DNA of 64,000 bases from NCBI GenBank assembly GCA_002189035.1, contig NEEC01000030.1, positions 248,001 to 312,000 on the forward strand. The letters are read 5' to 3'. Below are positions 12,930 to 24,476 of this stretch, piece by piece. The position numbers were made by a program, and so were the translations under genes. Position 1 is the first letter of the stretch. Every line of letters begins with the position of its first letter. The notes below the pieces were generated by a model. That model saw only the letters and a program-made list of their open reading frames with translations, had not been told where the DNA came from and searched no databases. The DNA is from Utricularia gibba (lineage: Eukaryota > Plantae > Magnoliophyta).

Positions 12930-15433
12930 GGCACACATGTACACATGAACATATAGCACAGCCTAATTGGCTAAGTTGGTATGAAGTAGAAAAAATTAAA
13001 AACTAAGGAGCAAAGTTCTTAAAACTTGAATCGTCACATATACTACTATTAGATCTCATCCAAAATCACTAGTAAAACGAACATTCTAACATTTTCAATT
13101 AACATTTTCAGTGGAATGTTCAAGAAGCCAGATTGAGTCATGGTCAAAATCTTTAAAGATAAATGTATATGCAATGAGACAAATGCAACTTATATTAATT
13201 GTGACACACACAAGTAAGTTATACCCATTAAGACTATATGGATGTGTTGTGTCAATGGTGGATAATAATATTAAAATATTTGAATCACATATCTAAATAT
13301 GCAAAACATATTGAATAGCAATGTGATTCATTTGGACTCATGATATAGTGTTGTCTAATGATATCACTATGATTTTTACTTGTATTTCTATCAAATAAAA
13401 AGGAGGTTCTCATATTTTTGACTTTCAAGAGTCCTATTTCAACTCTAAAACATGCTTCGAACACATTCAATTATGCTAATAATAAGCTTATATACACACT
13501 TTTTATTCACAAATCTCTTGCAAATCATACTATGCTCATAAATTGGACTTTCAAACATGGTGCAACAAAATTAATTGTTTGCATAAGACCTACCTAATGC
13601 ATATGAAGGATAAGATGTGTAGTTTCTTAAAGACAAAATTTTCTAGATTACAATATGTTTATTAGAAACCGTATACAAATGAAAATGGGATAATAATAAT
13701 TCTGATTTCTACATTATATAAAATATTGCATTTTACAATTGTGATCAAATTAAATTTTTCTTCATTGTCAATAAATGCTATAAAGTGAGATACTTCATTA
13801 TTTTTTTTTATTTGAAAGTTTATAAATAATTCTTTAAATTTTATAATAATTTAAATATATATTTTTTATAATTTTTAAACAATAAATCTTTTAATTAGTA
13901 TTGCATTTATCAAACGAAAAAACCAGACACTCATATTTGTTTATTTAACTTTATCGAATAAAAAATTTCCTCACGTTTGATTATTTAAATTAATTAAATA
14001 AAAATTTTGTCCATATTCATATATTTAAAGTTCAAAATTGTTCACAAACGTTTATTAAACCTATATTTATTAATTATTGTATTTCTTCGTATTGGAAATT
14101 CATTAATAAAAACATAAGATATTTATATAATTCAAAATTTAAATACAAAAGTTTTATATTAACAGCTTTCTTATAAAGTATATAACAAAAAAATGATTGA
14201 ATATTAATTTTAAAATAAAAATATATTAACAAATCTAATAATTGTTGTTTAATTATCACAATTATTCTTTTATATTTAAAATTTGGTGTGATTAGAGATA
14301 AAATAATATTTATAATGTAATTAGTATTTCATATTCAATCAATAAAAATAATAATAAATTTTGATATGATATTGATATTATAATTGAAGAAAATCGAGTA
14401 CAATTGAACATCCATCTCATTTGTGTCCATTTATTAAATTAATTGAATATGAATTTTGTTAATGTTCATTTATTTACATTTCAAATGAAAATAAATTATC
14501 ATAATTGAGTCGAACACATTTCAAACATGAGTTGTTCGTTTTTTATAACTACTTTACTTTAGATGCATAATTTTTCTTTGAAATTTAATATTTTACATAA
14601 CATTAGTGTTTAAAAATAAACATAATAATAGTTTTCAAAATAAATAATAATAATTTTATTTTACATTAAAAAATTAATAAAAAGAATAATTTAGAATATA
14701 GAGTTAATATGCAAATTATTGACCAAGTTAAAGCATTCTTTAAATTAATGCGTGATACAATTACTTTACAAACATGGCCATATGTATTAGTATCACAATG
14801 AAATATAAATTTAAAAATATTGACACATTGAAATATTAGTCTAAAAATGTTTCCATTACAAAAAAAACATTTTGTATGCATTTTCTATTTTATTGGTGTT
14901 AAAAAAGGTGCACTTCATTTTAGTTTTTCAATCAATACTTTAGTTAAATAAAATAAATACAAAAATTTTGAATATGTATAAGTTTCTAATATTAATCTAA
15001 AGCCACCACTTGAGGACTCGACAAGACAAATTCCATGATATTAACCTAAATTTCACATGAATCATTACGACAATGCATAAATATGTAATATATTATTACA
15101 ATACTAAGACATCAATGAAGTATTGAAAGATAATACATAAATAATACATTTTAAATAATCAAATATTTATAAATTTATAATTCAATAAAATAATTCATAT
15201 ATCAACATACAAGTTCAAAAATATAGTAAAAATATCTGTAATGAATGCTATTTCGAACTCTACCTTAGGAAGTGACGTTTTTGTTGGTTGAATAGTTGTT
15301 AAAAAATTCAATAATTTGAAGTATCATTTCTAATATCCCAATAGTTGAATAATGTTCTGTATATTTTGAAGATTTCGTTAAAAGAACAAATAGATTTGTA
15401 TGAATATACCAAATCCTCAACAACTTTTGGGAG

Positions 15434-17778
15434 TGATTAATGGAAATTTTATGTGTCGTTGCTCAAATATTAATTCATTTATCAAATACATTTATAAACT
15501 CAATTTAATGAAAATACTTTCAAATATAAAGTTTATAATGGTAGAATCGAAGGTCCATCACAAGAATCATGTGTTTATAGTGTGTCTTTTTATAATACAA
15601 AATTTCAAAATAATTTTACTTATAGTCCTAGATTAAACTTTACCTCAAGTTCAATATCTGAAATCAAATCACAACGCAGAAGGTAAAAAATGTTGGTTTT
15701 GCACAAAATAACACTAGGATTCTTAAAGGTAGTTTAGGTAATGCGGTAATCAAGTCCTAATCTAATCTAAAATTTTATATATGCATAACTTGAAACAACC
15801 TATATTTACTAATAAATGATTTTATGTTGTTTCAAAACATGTTCTTTCATTACTCTTGAGTAATGTTTTTACTTACCTTAATCTTCACTTTCTCATTATT
15901 TTCAATTGATTTTTCTATCTTTCACACTATTGATTGTTTTGGAGAGAATGTATTTTTTGGATTTTTAGAGTATTTTCAAATCAATTTGAGGAGAAATCAA
16001 GACCCAACAAATTATGGGATTGATGGGTCATGAATCTCACCCCAAAACTCAGTCAAAGGATGAAGATTTGATCAAGATTCATTGTTAAGATGAAGATTTG
16101 AAGATAACCTTGAAAGATTTAAATAAAAGATTTGCATTGAAGATTTTATCCAAACCCGTCAAACAAGCTCAATATTAATACTTAAATCTCCTCTATTATA
16201 AATACTCCACTCCCTCAATCATTAGAGATGTTTTTCACCACTTTTCCTTTATATTTTCCCTATTTTTGTGTTTATTTTTATTTTATAGTTGGTCATGCAT
16301 GTGTGAGCACTCGTGGCTAAGGATTTATTTTACTATGTTTTGCACAAGTTCTACACGTGTGACTATTTTACTATGTTTTTCAACATTTAATTTGAGGTTC
16401 GATTTTTTTTTCGCAACATTTTCTTTACTAATATGCTCTGTAGAACTACATAACCCCAAGGGAGTGTGGGAGAATCTTAGATTGGCCTCATGCACCTACA
16501 AAGAAGGGGTCAATTGGACATTATTGATAAGATACATTCTATCTAATCTGTTTGTGATGTATGAGGTGTAAGGGTTAGATTTAGTTGTGAAGAAAACTCG
16601 GGTTATCACAATAGGTGAAATGGCTTTGGTGGCATGTTTTGAGTAACTGAATAGCACTATTTTAGAATAACTTTCCCAAAACTTACGCAAGCAGGTCAGT
16701 TCTCAAAGTTTATACACACAAATATAGGCAATTTTTGAGTAAGGTGTATCTTAGATTCAAAGTCACTTTTATATTGTTTTTTAACTCGGTCTTTTGTTTT
16801 GTATTAGGTCTTGTTTTATTACTTCGACGATTTCTGTATACTTGCAAAATTACCATTATTTACCTAGATTATTCCTCACATTTTTGGTTAAAATAGTCTC
16901 TAATATCCATACCCATTTCAGATTGGGTCTATTCATGTACAAAATATATAGAATTAGATATACCCAAGACTACCATCCACTACACATGTCTTGATTTGTT
17001 TTAGGTCTGCTTGAGGAATGTGATAAATGAACAGCCAATGGATGACATTGTGGATTACTTAGTAAGCCTTGAACAATATCACCTTTACAAATGTTAAGGC
17101 ATCCCTAAAATCTAGTCTCTCATATTTGATAGATAAAACATGATTTCATAGATATAAATTGAAGAAAATATCATAAATATTGCATGATGAATAGTCAGAG
17201 AAATAAAAAATTCAACAAATAAAGACAAAGTGAAATGAATTTTTGTTTTCCATCTTTTATTGTTTATTGCTCAGAATAGTATCGCTAAACTAGGTATCTG
17301 GTGGCCGTCAAGTCGGAAATCTTCTTCTTCAATCCCCCTTCTTCCCCTATATCATATTATCCTCTTGAATCCTTAGTCTTTTTTCCCAAAATGTCTATCT
17401 CTCTCCTCTTTTTTTTCCCATGCAAATATAACTTCAGATGCCCATATTGATCCTATATCTGGCATATGCGTGTTGTGGTGAATGTTGTGCTGATTGTCTC
17501 TCATTCTTGCTGCATGTCCTATTGATTGCTAGCTGCACTAAATTCTTGTTCTGCCTTGGTTTAGGACCTTGCTGCGGTATTCAAGATTGATTAGTAATAT
17601 GTATACTAAATCAGTAGAACAGGAATTTAGAGCTATCAATTAACAGGACATACAGCATGAAATTGCAATTATCCCTAAAGTATAGCAAAATATATAAAAT
17701 AATACAATAAACACTCATATCATAATATAAAGTAGTAATTTTTATATCCTAAAACACATGAAAATTTGTATGCTATCA
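15434..17778 (-). mobile_element. Old solo LTR related to the 804-12929 LTR family, interrupted by 15810-16858
   Basis: Start tgattaatggaaatttt resembles tgataaacggaaattt. End catgaaaatttgtatgctatca resembles the family terminus. The interior matches the reverse complement of about 18980-19450. Flanks gggag/cgaag match 3/5 (degenerate TSD). Confidence 0.65.
15810..16858 (+). mobile_element. Solo LTR, Athila-like family B
   Basis: Exact TSD TTTAC at 15805-15809 and 16859-16863. Homologous to 34099-35246 (reverse complement) and to 20175-21364. Termini have decayed to TA...TA. Confidence 0.88.
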
Positions 17779-18067
17779 CGAAGCAACAAATTTCTTTTAG
17801 TAGAATGAATAAATTAATTTTTTGATAGCAAGAAGAAGATGATATCTATACAAGCAAACTTAATTGCTACACTTTGAAGATAACAAGCTGATGTGCCATA
17901 TACGACCATTCTCTAGGATCTTGTAAGTTATGAAATACCTAACGCATGTGCCTCAAGATTAGGAAAATAATTCTCCATCCATTTTTGTTCACAAAGCAGC
18001 AAATATGGAATCCAAGTGAATTAGTGGAAGATCCAAATATCTATTTTAGCAATGTTTTGTAGTACAC

Positions 18068-19722
18068 TGATAAAACATATTTTATTAGTGTTTTTAGGCT
18101 ATAAATTATGATGTTTTGTTGTGATTTAGGTTAGATTTGTATGGTTTTTCATATTTTACATGATGTTAAATTTAATTTCGTGTTTATGTTACAAAGTAGA
18201 CTAAATCTTTTGATTTAGACCACCTTATGTTATTGACGTTTAATTAAGTCTAGCAGAAGGATTAGCATCAAATTAAATGGCAAGATGTATGGATTATGTT
18301 GATTAGAGCTGGGTACGGTTACGGGTTGACCCTGTATCCAGCGGGTCAACCCGTGATGGGTCCAACCTGTGACCCGTAACTGTCGAAAACGGGTACGGGA
18401 TGGGTTGATTGTAGATGGGTATGGTCGACCCAACGGGTCATCAAGAGGATGTCTAGGCACTACCATGGCATGTTTGCGGTGCCTAGAGAATTTACTAACC
18501 TGTGTCAACCCGTGACCCAGGACGGGTCAGCCTGTCCAACCCGTCAACCCGTACCCGTCGAGTCAGACATTTCATTTTTTACCCGGCGGGTCCGACCCGT
18601 GATCCGCCGAGTCAGACCCGTGCCCAGCTCTAATGTTGATGGAGGCAGAATATCCGAAGGGAGATAAAGAGCATTGCTCTGCCGTTCGCAGTCTACAGGT
18701 TCAAACCAAGAATAGTACTAGTTTAAGGAATAGTGCATTGGAGTAAATGAGAGGAGATATTTTTGAAGGAGTGAGAGTATGGAATGAGAATGGGACCAGA
18801 CCCTAGAAGGGAGAGCAAGAACACGAACATAAGAAGAAGAAGAAGATTTCCAGAAAAAAAATCTATAATGTGAAAAACAAGCATCAAATCCCAGTTCAGT
18901 GCTACTGTTCTGGACTTTAAATGAGAGGAGATATTTTTGCTGAATATTTCATTTCATTGACTGTTTGTTTTACAATGTCTGTGATATTTTCTTTATTTTA
19001 TATTTATGAAATCATGTTTGTTCTCTTGAACATGAGTGACTAGATCTTAGGGATGCTTTAGGATATAGAATGGTGATGTGTTTAGGATTGCTAAGTTATC
19101 TATGATTGTGTCTTAGCTTTCATTTATATCATTTCTCAGGTAGATCTCAGGGAGGGAACAAACAAGTTTGTAACTCAGATGCTTGATTTAGAGATAAACC
19201 AACAAATCAAGATAGGGATAGTAGATATTAGTCTTATATATAACTAGTAGAGTTGGGTAGACCTAGCTCTACATATTTCGTACATGAGTAGACCTAAGCA
19301 TGGAATGGATGATGACATTAGGAGCTATCTTAACCAAAAGTATGAAAAATGAGTTGAGTAGACTTAGGTTATTTGGAGTTTTGAGTATAGAAATATCATA
19401 GATTAAATTAGGGATCTTAATACCATACCACCTAAACCACGTTAGGCATCTTAGTATTACTTTGTGTCTAGAACATGTATTTGTTACTTTCTATGTTGAG
19501 ATTTAATTTTACTTATTGAACTTGTCCACCACTGTTAGTCTAACCTTAGATTAAGAGTGTCATTTATTTCGAATTTTGCATCTTGAAAATCATTTGCTCG
19601 CTATGATTGTCCCCAAAATACAAGTTTTCTGAAATTGTATTTTGTTAAAATTAAGGTTTATAAATTTATTTGATATAGAAATTTCAATTTCTTGCAATGA
19701 CTTAAGAAATTTTCGTCTATCA
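18068..19722 (+). mobile_element. Solo LTR (1655 bp) related to the 804-12929 LTR family
   Basis: tgataaaac...cgtctatca with exact TSD TACAC at 18063-18067 and 19723-19727. The 3' end matches the reverse complement of 11583-11680. Confidence 0.9.
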
Positions 19723-20174
19723 TACACATGTATGGATTATATGAAATATCCAGAATATTCATATATATTAAAATATTCAATAAAACAATTGAACACTTTG
19801 ATACTTTGTATTTAAAGAATACGTCATTATTGAATGTGTGTTATAGAATTTGCATATAAAAACCAAATCATTTCAAGAGCATAATACCCATGATATTGCT
19901 CCAAAGGCCATAAACAAGACATAAATTTGGTTTATTAGTATCATAAACCCAAGACATTTCACAAATTGATTCAATGAATTTAAGGATGTAATCAATATTA
20001 TCCCACAAATCATCATACATAATAATACTTTTAAAAATTTAATATAATTTTCATATTGAAAAGTATCTAATTCACTACTAGCAACCATACATGTTAAATT
20101 ATCTCAAACCTTTTTATCCAATTATTATTATAGTATATGATGATTAATTTCAGCAAGAGTTAATAATTCAATAT

Positions 20175-21364
20175 TGATAAGTGATTTTGTGTCACTTATA
20201 TTTGTGCTTTTTAGGACTCACTTAGATGAGTTTTGCCTTTTTTTTATCCACTTTCCTTATGTTTTTGGAAGAATTTTATATCTTTCAAACCACTTTGATC
20301 TTTTTGGAGAGAAAGTGTGTTTTGTGATTTTTTAGGACGAATTTGGAATAATTTGGAGGATTTTCGAGTTGACCTTGATGGAGGCAAAGATTCGGTCTAT
20401 CTAAACGAAGACTCGATCAAAGATTCTCGGATAAAATAAGAGTCGCATCTTATCATAGAAAATTTGGATCTTATCCTAGAAGATTTGTATCAAATCTTAG
20501 AAGATTCGGATAGAAGATTTGATGAAGTCCATCAAGAAAGCCCGAAAAATTTCCACCTTTATATAAAGATTCAAATGCGAAGACCTAAAGAGGTGGTTAG
20601 AAGGGTGGACGACCAGACAGTCAATCTAGGGTTTAGAGTCGAGTCTAGTATGTTTTGGATTCCTTTCTCTTCGTTTTTCAACAACTTGTTGTTTAGAGTC
20701 AAGCATGCACGTGTGAGCGCTTGCGGCTGAGGATTTGCTGTGAAGCCTTGCTTGCGCAAGTTCTGCACGTTTGACTGTCTTACCATGTTTTTTAGCATTT
20801 AATTTGAGGTCTGATTCTTTTTTTCGCAATGTTTTTTTTAAAAACGTGATCTTTAGTACCATATAGCCCTAAGGGAGTGTGGGAGAATCAAAGGTTGGCC
20901 TCCAGCACCTAAGGAGAAGGGCTCAATCGGATATCGTTGGTAAGACACATTCTGTCTAATCTGTCTGCGAGGTGAGAGGTGTAGGGGTTAGATTTGTGTG
21001 TGGGGAAAACATGGGTTATCACAAGAGGTGAAATGGCTCTAGTGGCGTGGTTGATTCCATAATCTCACAAAACAAGGAACGGTGCTATAACGGTCACCGA
21101 GTAGCACTATTTTATCATAAAACCCACAAAGGTTGCGCAAGCAGATCAATTCTAAAGGTTTGCACACACGCAAGGGCGAGTTTCAAATAAGGTGGATCTT
21201 AGATCCAAGGCCACTTTTCTTATTCTCTTCAAAACCAAATCTTTCTTTTGTTTTCAGTCTTTTTGAATCTTTGTTTGAAAAGAATATTCCAATAACAATT
21301 CCCTGTGGATACGATCTTATTTTATTACTTCGGCGGTTTCTATGCACTTGCAGAATTACCATCA
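20175..21364 (+). repeat. 5' LTR of element B
   Basis: TG...CA termini. Homologous to the solo LTRs at 44385-45503, 34099-35246 and 15810-16858. Confidence 0.92.
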
Positions 21365-21370
21365 AGTTTT

Positions 21371-21388
21371 TGGTACCGTTGCCGGGGA
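21371..21388 (+). other. Primer-binding site, tRNA-Asp type
   Basis: TGGTACCGTTGCCGGGGA, 16/18 to TGGCGCCGTTGCCGGGGA, 6 nt after the LTR end. Confidence 0.88.
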
Positions 21389-22225
21389 ATTGTATTCCTT
21401 TGGAATTTCTTTTCTGATTTCATTTCTGATTATTTCTTATTTTTCTGTTATTTTCGAGACATTATGTTTAGCGCACTTGCGCAAGCAGTTGCTTTTAATC
21501 AGTATTGCATGCGCAGGCACAGGGCCTCTACCGAGCTGTATCCGCTGGACCTGGAAATTGACCGGACCTGTCGGAGAATTAGGGTGGAAAATCGTCAAGC
21601 GCAAGCGCAACCCAGGGAAACCATGTCTAGAAGGCATTCAGGAAATGAGGAGGACTATCAGGTGATGTCCGAACTAGATAGCGAATGAGCATGGACGCCA
21701 AGACACCAGCCAAATAGGGCAGCTGGATCAGCCTTGCTGATAAATGAAAGAACAGGTATAGGCAGATCTGCTGCTAATCGTGCAGGCTCATATCAAAGGC
21801 ATAGCAATGGATCTGATCAAGAACCTGCACGGGAACGCACAGCAGCAACATTGGGATCCAATCGAGGTATGGAACCTCTCCGAGAAGGGCCTACAGGCGT
21901 GCTATCAGACCCATGACGAACCAATAGGGCGCTGGAACATGGTCTAGGAAGGCCCAGGCATATAGGCACAAATGAAAACCGTTTGCAATCAACATTTGCA
22001 CAAGAATGGCAAGAAAACAGGGCTTTTCAACCTCAACATAATGACAAGCAGAACAGCAACCCAAGAACTCCAAGGCGAGGAGTGAACTCTCCTCCAAGGT
22101 AGGAAGAAGAAGATCGTTGGGGTTACAATGGAGCAAACCGACGTGACAACCAAAATCCTCGTCACGAGCAGAGGTATGAATTTGCAGGAAATCCTGAAAG
22201 GGAAAATCATGGAAGACAAAGGCAG

Positions 22226-23914
22226 ATGCCCAAGAGGAATGTACGTTCTGAAGAAGCATCTAGCGAAGAGGAAGGACCAGAACCAGCACGCAGGGAACCA
22301 CTTGCGCAAGCCAGAAATCATTGCGCAGGAAGAGATAGGTACGTGCGCAGGGAGCAGAATGCTAAGAGATTTGCTGTTGATCTTTGGGATGAAGTCCCTT
22401 TAGGTGATAACCTTCGATACACGAGAAATCCTGGTCCCATTGCTGCACCAGCCATTAACGTGTGGAGATTCCAACTCCAGCCTTCATTGATCACCATGGT
22501 GCAACAAAGCCCATTTCGTGGAGAACCCGGTGAGGATCCCGAAGAACACATTGCAGTTTTTCTCAAGTATTGTGACATGGTGGTGGAACGCGGAGTCTGT
22601 GACAACGCGATCAGGTTACGTTTATTTCCATTTTCGTTGTGGGGATCAGCAAGGAGATGGTTAGACTCTCTGCCACCCAACTCTATTTACACTTGGGAAG
22701 AATTGCATGATGCATTTTTGGACAAATATTTTGAACTCACGAAGTACTCTAACACCATGTTTGAGATCACCAATTTTTCACAGGATGAAGGAGAAGGAAT
22801 AACAGCAGCTTGTGAGAGATTTAAGGAAATTACACGAGTCACGGATAAGCATGGACTCAGCCCCGCTGCTATGATTATGTGCTTCCATGATGGACTGACT
22901 GCGCAAGCAAAGGGACTGCTTAATGCGGGTGTTGGACCCCTGGACCAAGTAAGTCCTAGAAGAGCTTGGGAACTAATTGATGAGTTTGCAAAACGACAGG
23001 CACGATGGTCTCAACCAGCAAGGAATTCGAAAACTGGAGTTCGAGACAACCCACGTGACAATACCGTTTCAAAGATTTCTGAAACATTGCAAAAATTAGA
23101 TGATAAAATAAGCAAACTCCAACCCGTCATTGCTCAAGTTCAAGCAGCCTCAGAAAAGACAGAGAGTGATGCAGAAGAGGAAGGTATGAATGTTAATTTT
23201 GTGAATTTTCAGGGAAAACTTGTGCAAGGAGCTTCTATGGCTGCGCAAGGGAACAACTGGGGAAATCAGGGCAACACTTGGCAGAACCAAAATCAGAACC
23301 AGCAGCAGCCCCAACGACCATTCTTACGGGATACGCTCAATCAATTCATGGAGAAAAAGGAAGGGCTGAACCAAGGAATGCTGGAACAAATCAAACAAGT
23401 AAATGGATTGGTGGTTGAACAACTTAAGCAAATAAGAGGAGAAATTTCAGACCAAAAGACAAGGGTGAATGGAATGAATGAGCGTCTGGAGCAACTCGGG
23501 ATAACAACTTGCATCCTGGACAGTAGGATGAGTAATGTCGCTCAAACCCACAAGGCTTCGAGGCTCCCAAGTCAACCAGAGAAGAATCCTGCTGAATGTA
23601 AGGCTGTAGCAACGAGAAGTGGGATGCAGAGTGCAATAGCAGCAGCCCCTGCACAAGCAGACGAATTGCTAGATGTTCCAGTGTACGTATCTCCACCTTC
23701 TTATAATCCTCCAATCCCTTATCCACAGAGACAGGCCAAATCATCAATGGATCAACAATATTCCAAGTTTCTGGAGATGTTGAAAACTCTTCATGTGAAC
23801 ATCCCATTCACTGATGTGATGTTGCAAATGCCCACTTATGCGAAATTCTTGAAGGATATTCTGGCCAATCGAAGGAAGATTGAGATTGATGCTGTTATTG
23901 AATTATCCAAGTAA
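22226..23914 (+). CDS. Retrotransposon Gag (Athila type), 562-aa open segment of a gag region spanning about 21509-24265
   Basis: LITMVQQSPFRGEPGEDPEEH, IRLRLFPFSLWGSARRWL, QDEGEG..ACERFKE, FHDGL, and KFLEMLKTLHVNIPFTDVMLQMPTYAKFLKDIL. The N-terminal gag motif LYPLDLEIDRTCRRIR lies in ORF 21305-21688, with its ATG at 21509. Confidence 0.85.
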   Translation: MPKRNVRSEEASSEEEGPEPARREPLAQARNHCAGRDRYVRREQNAKRFAVDLWDEVPLGDNLRYTRNPGPIAAPAINVWRFQLQPSLITMVQQSPFRGEPGEDPEEHIAVFLKYCDMVVERGVCDNAIRLRLFPFSLWGSARRWLDSLPPNSIYTWEELHDAFLDKYFELTKYSNTMFEITNFSQDEGEGITAACERFKEITRVTDKHGLSPAAMIMCFHDGLTAQAKGLLNAGVGPLDQVSPRRAWELIDEFAKRQARWSQPARNSKTGVRDNPRDNTVSKISETLQKLDDKISKLQPVIAQVQAASEKTESDAEEEGMNVNFVNFQGKLVQGASMAAQGNNWGNQGNTWQNQNQNQQQPQRPFLRDTLNQFMEKKEGLNQGMLEQIKQVNGLVVEQLKQIRGEISDQKTRVNGMNERLEQLGITTCILDSRMSNVAQTHKASRLPSQPEKNPAECKAVATRSGMQSAIAAAPAQADELLDVPVYVSPPSYNPPIPYPQRQAKSSMDQQYSKFLEMLKTLHVNIPFTDVMLQMPTYAKFLKDILANRRKIEIDAVIELSK

Positions 23915-24476
23915 TGTAGCACGGTTCTTACATAGGGGTTGATTCAAAAGCATGCAGATCCTGGAATTTTTTCAGTCCCTTGTATCATTGGAGGAAAAAT
24001 TGAGTTGAAGAAGCTTCCACCATCATTGAGGTACGAGTTTCTTGAGGATGATCATACTTACCCCGTGATTGTTAACGCAGGATTGAATGAATACCACACC
24101 CAAATGCTGCTGGATGTCTTGCGCAAGCACAAACAAGCCATTGGGTACACCTTGGATGACTTAACCATGAGAAGCATAGTTGACACCAAGACAAAAGACA
24201 AGGAGACTTGGGAACCTACAGTTCGAGAAGAAGAAGACACGAAGAACATAGAATTGGAGAATTGAACAAGTACTTTACTTTACTTGCAAATCTTATTTCT
24301 TGCATCATATTTCGTGAACATACACACTATTTTCCATCTCACGTTTTCCATATTCAAAGTGTTCAAATGGTTTCATCATCTAATTTCCATACTCTATTAT
24401 TTGCTTTTAGTTTAGAAACCATTAAAAGTCTTTTATTGATTTAAGTTAGAGTAGAAACCACTTCCAGAAAACCTCC

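Larger units (their letters stand above)
20175..24476 (+). mobile_element. Athila-like element B: 5' LTR, PBS and gag, pol deleted, no 3' LTR found; right boundary approximate
   Basis: LTR 20175-21364 (tgataagtg...ttaccatca), PBS 21371-21388 and a 562-aa gag ORF. No RT or INT before the next insertion at about 24477. Confidence 0.85.

Noticed and set aside
13000-15430. AT-rich tract as a Helitron, MITE or organellar insertion
   Set aside because: There is no terminal hairpin with CTRR, no clear TIR/TSD and no organellar gene motif. The short ORFs reflect base composition.
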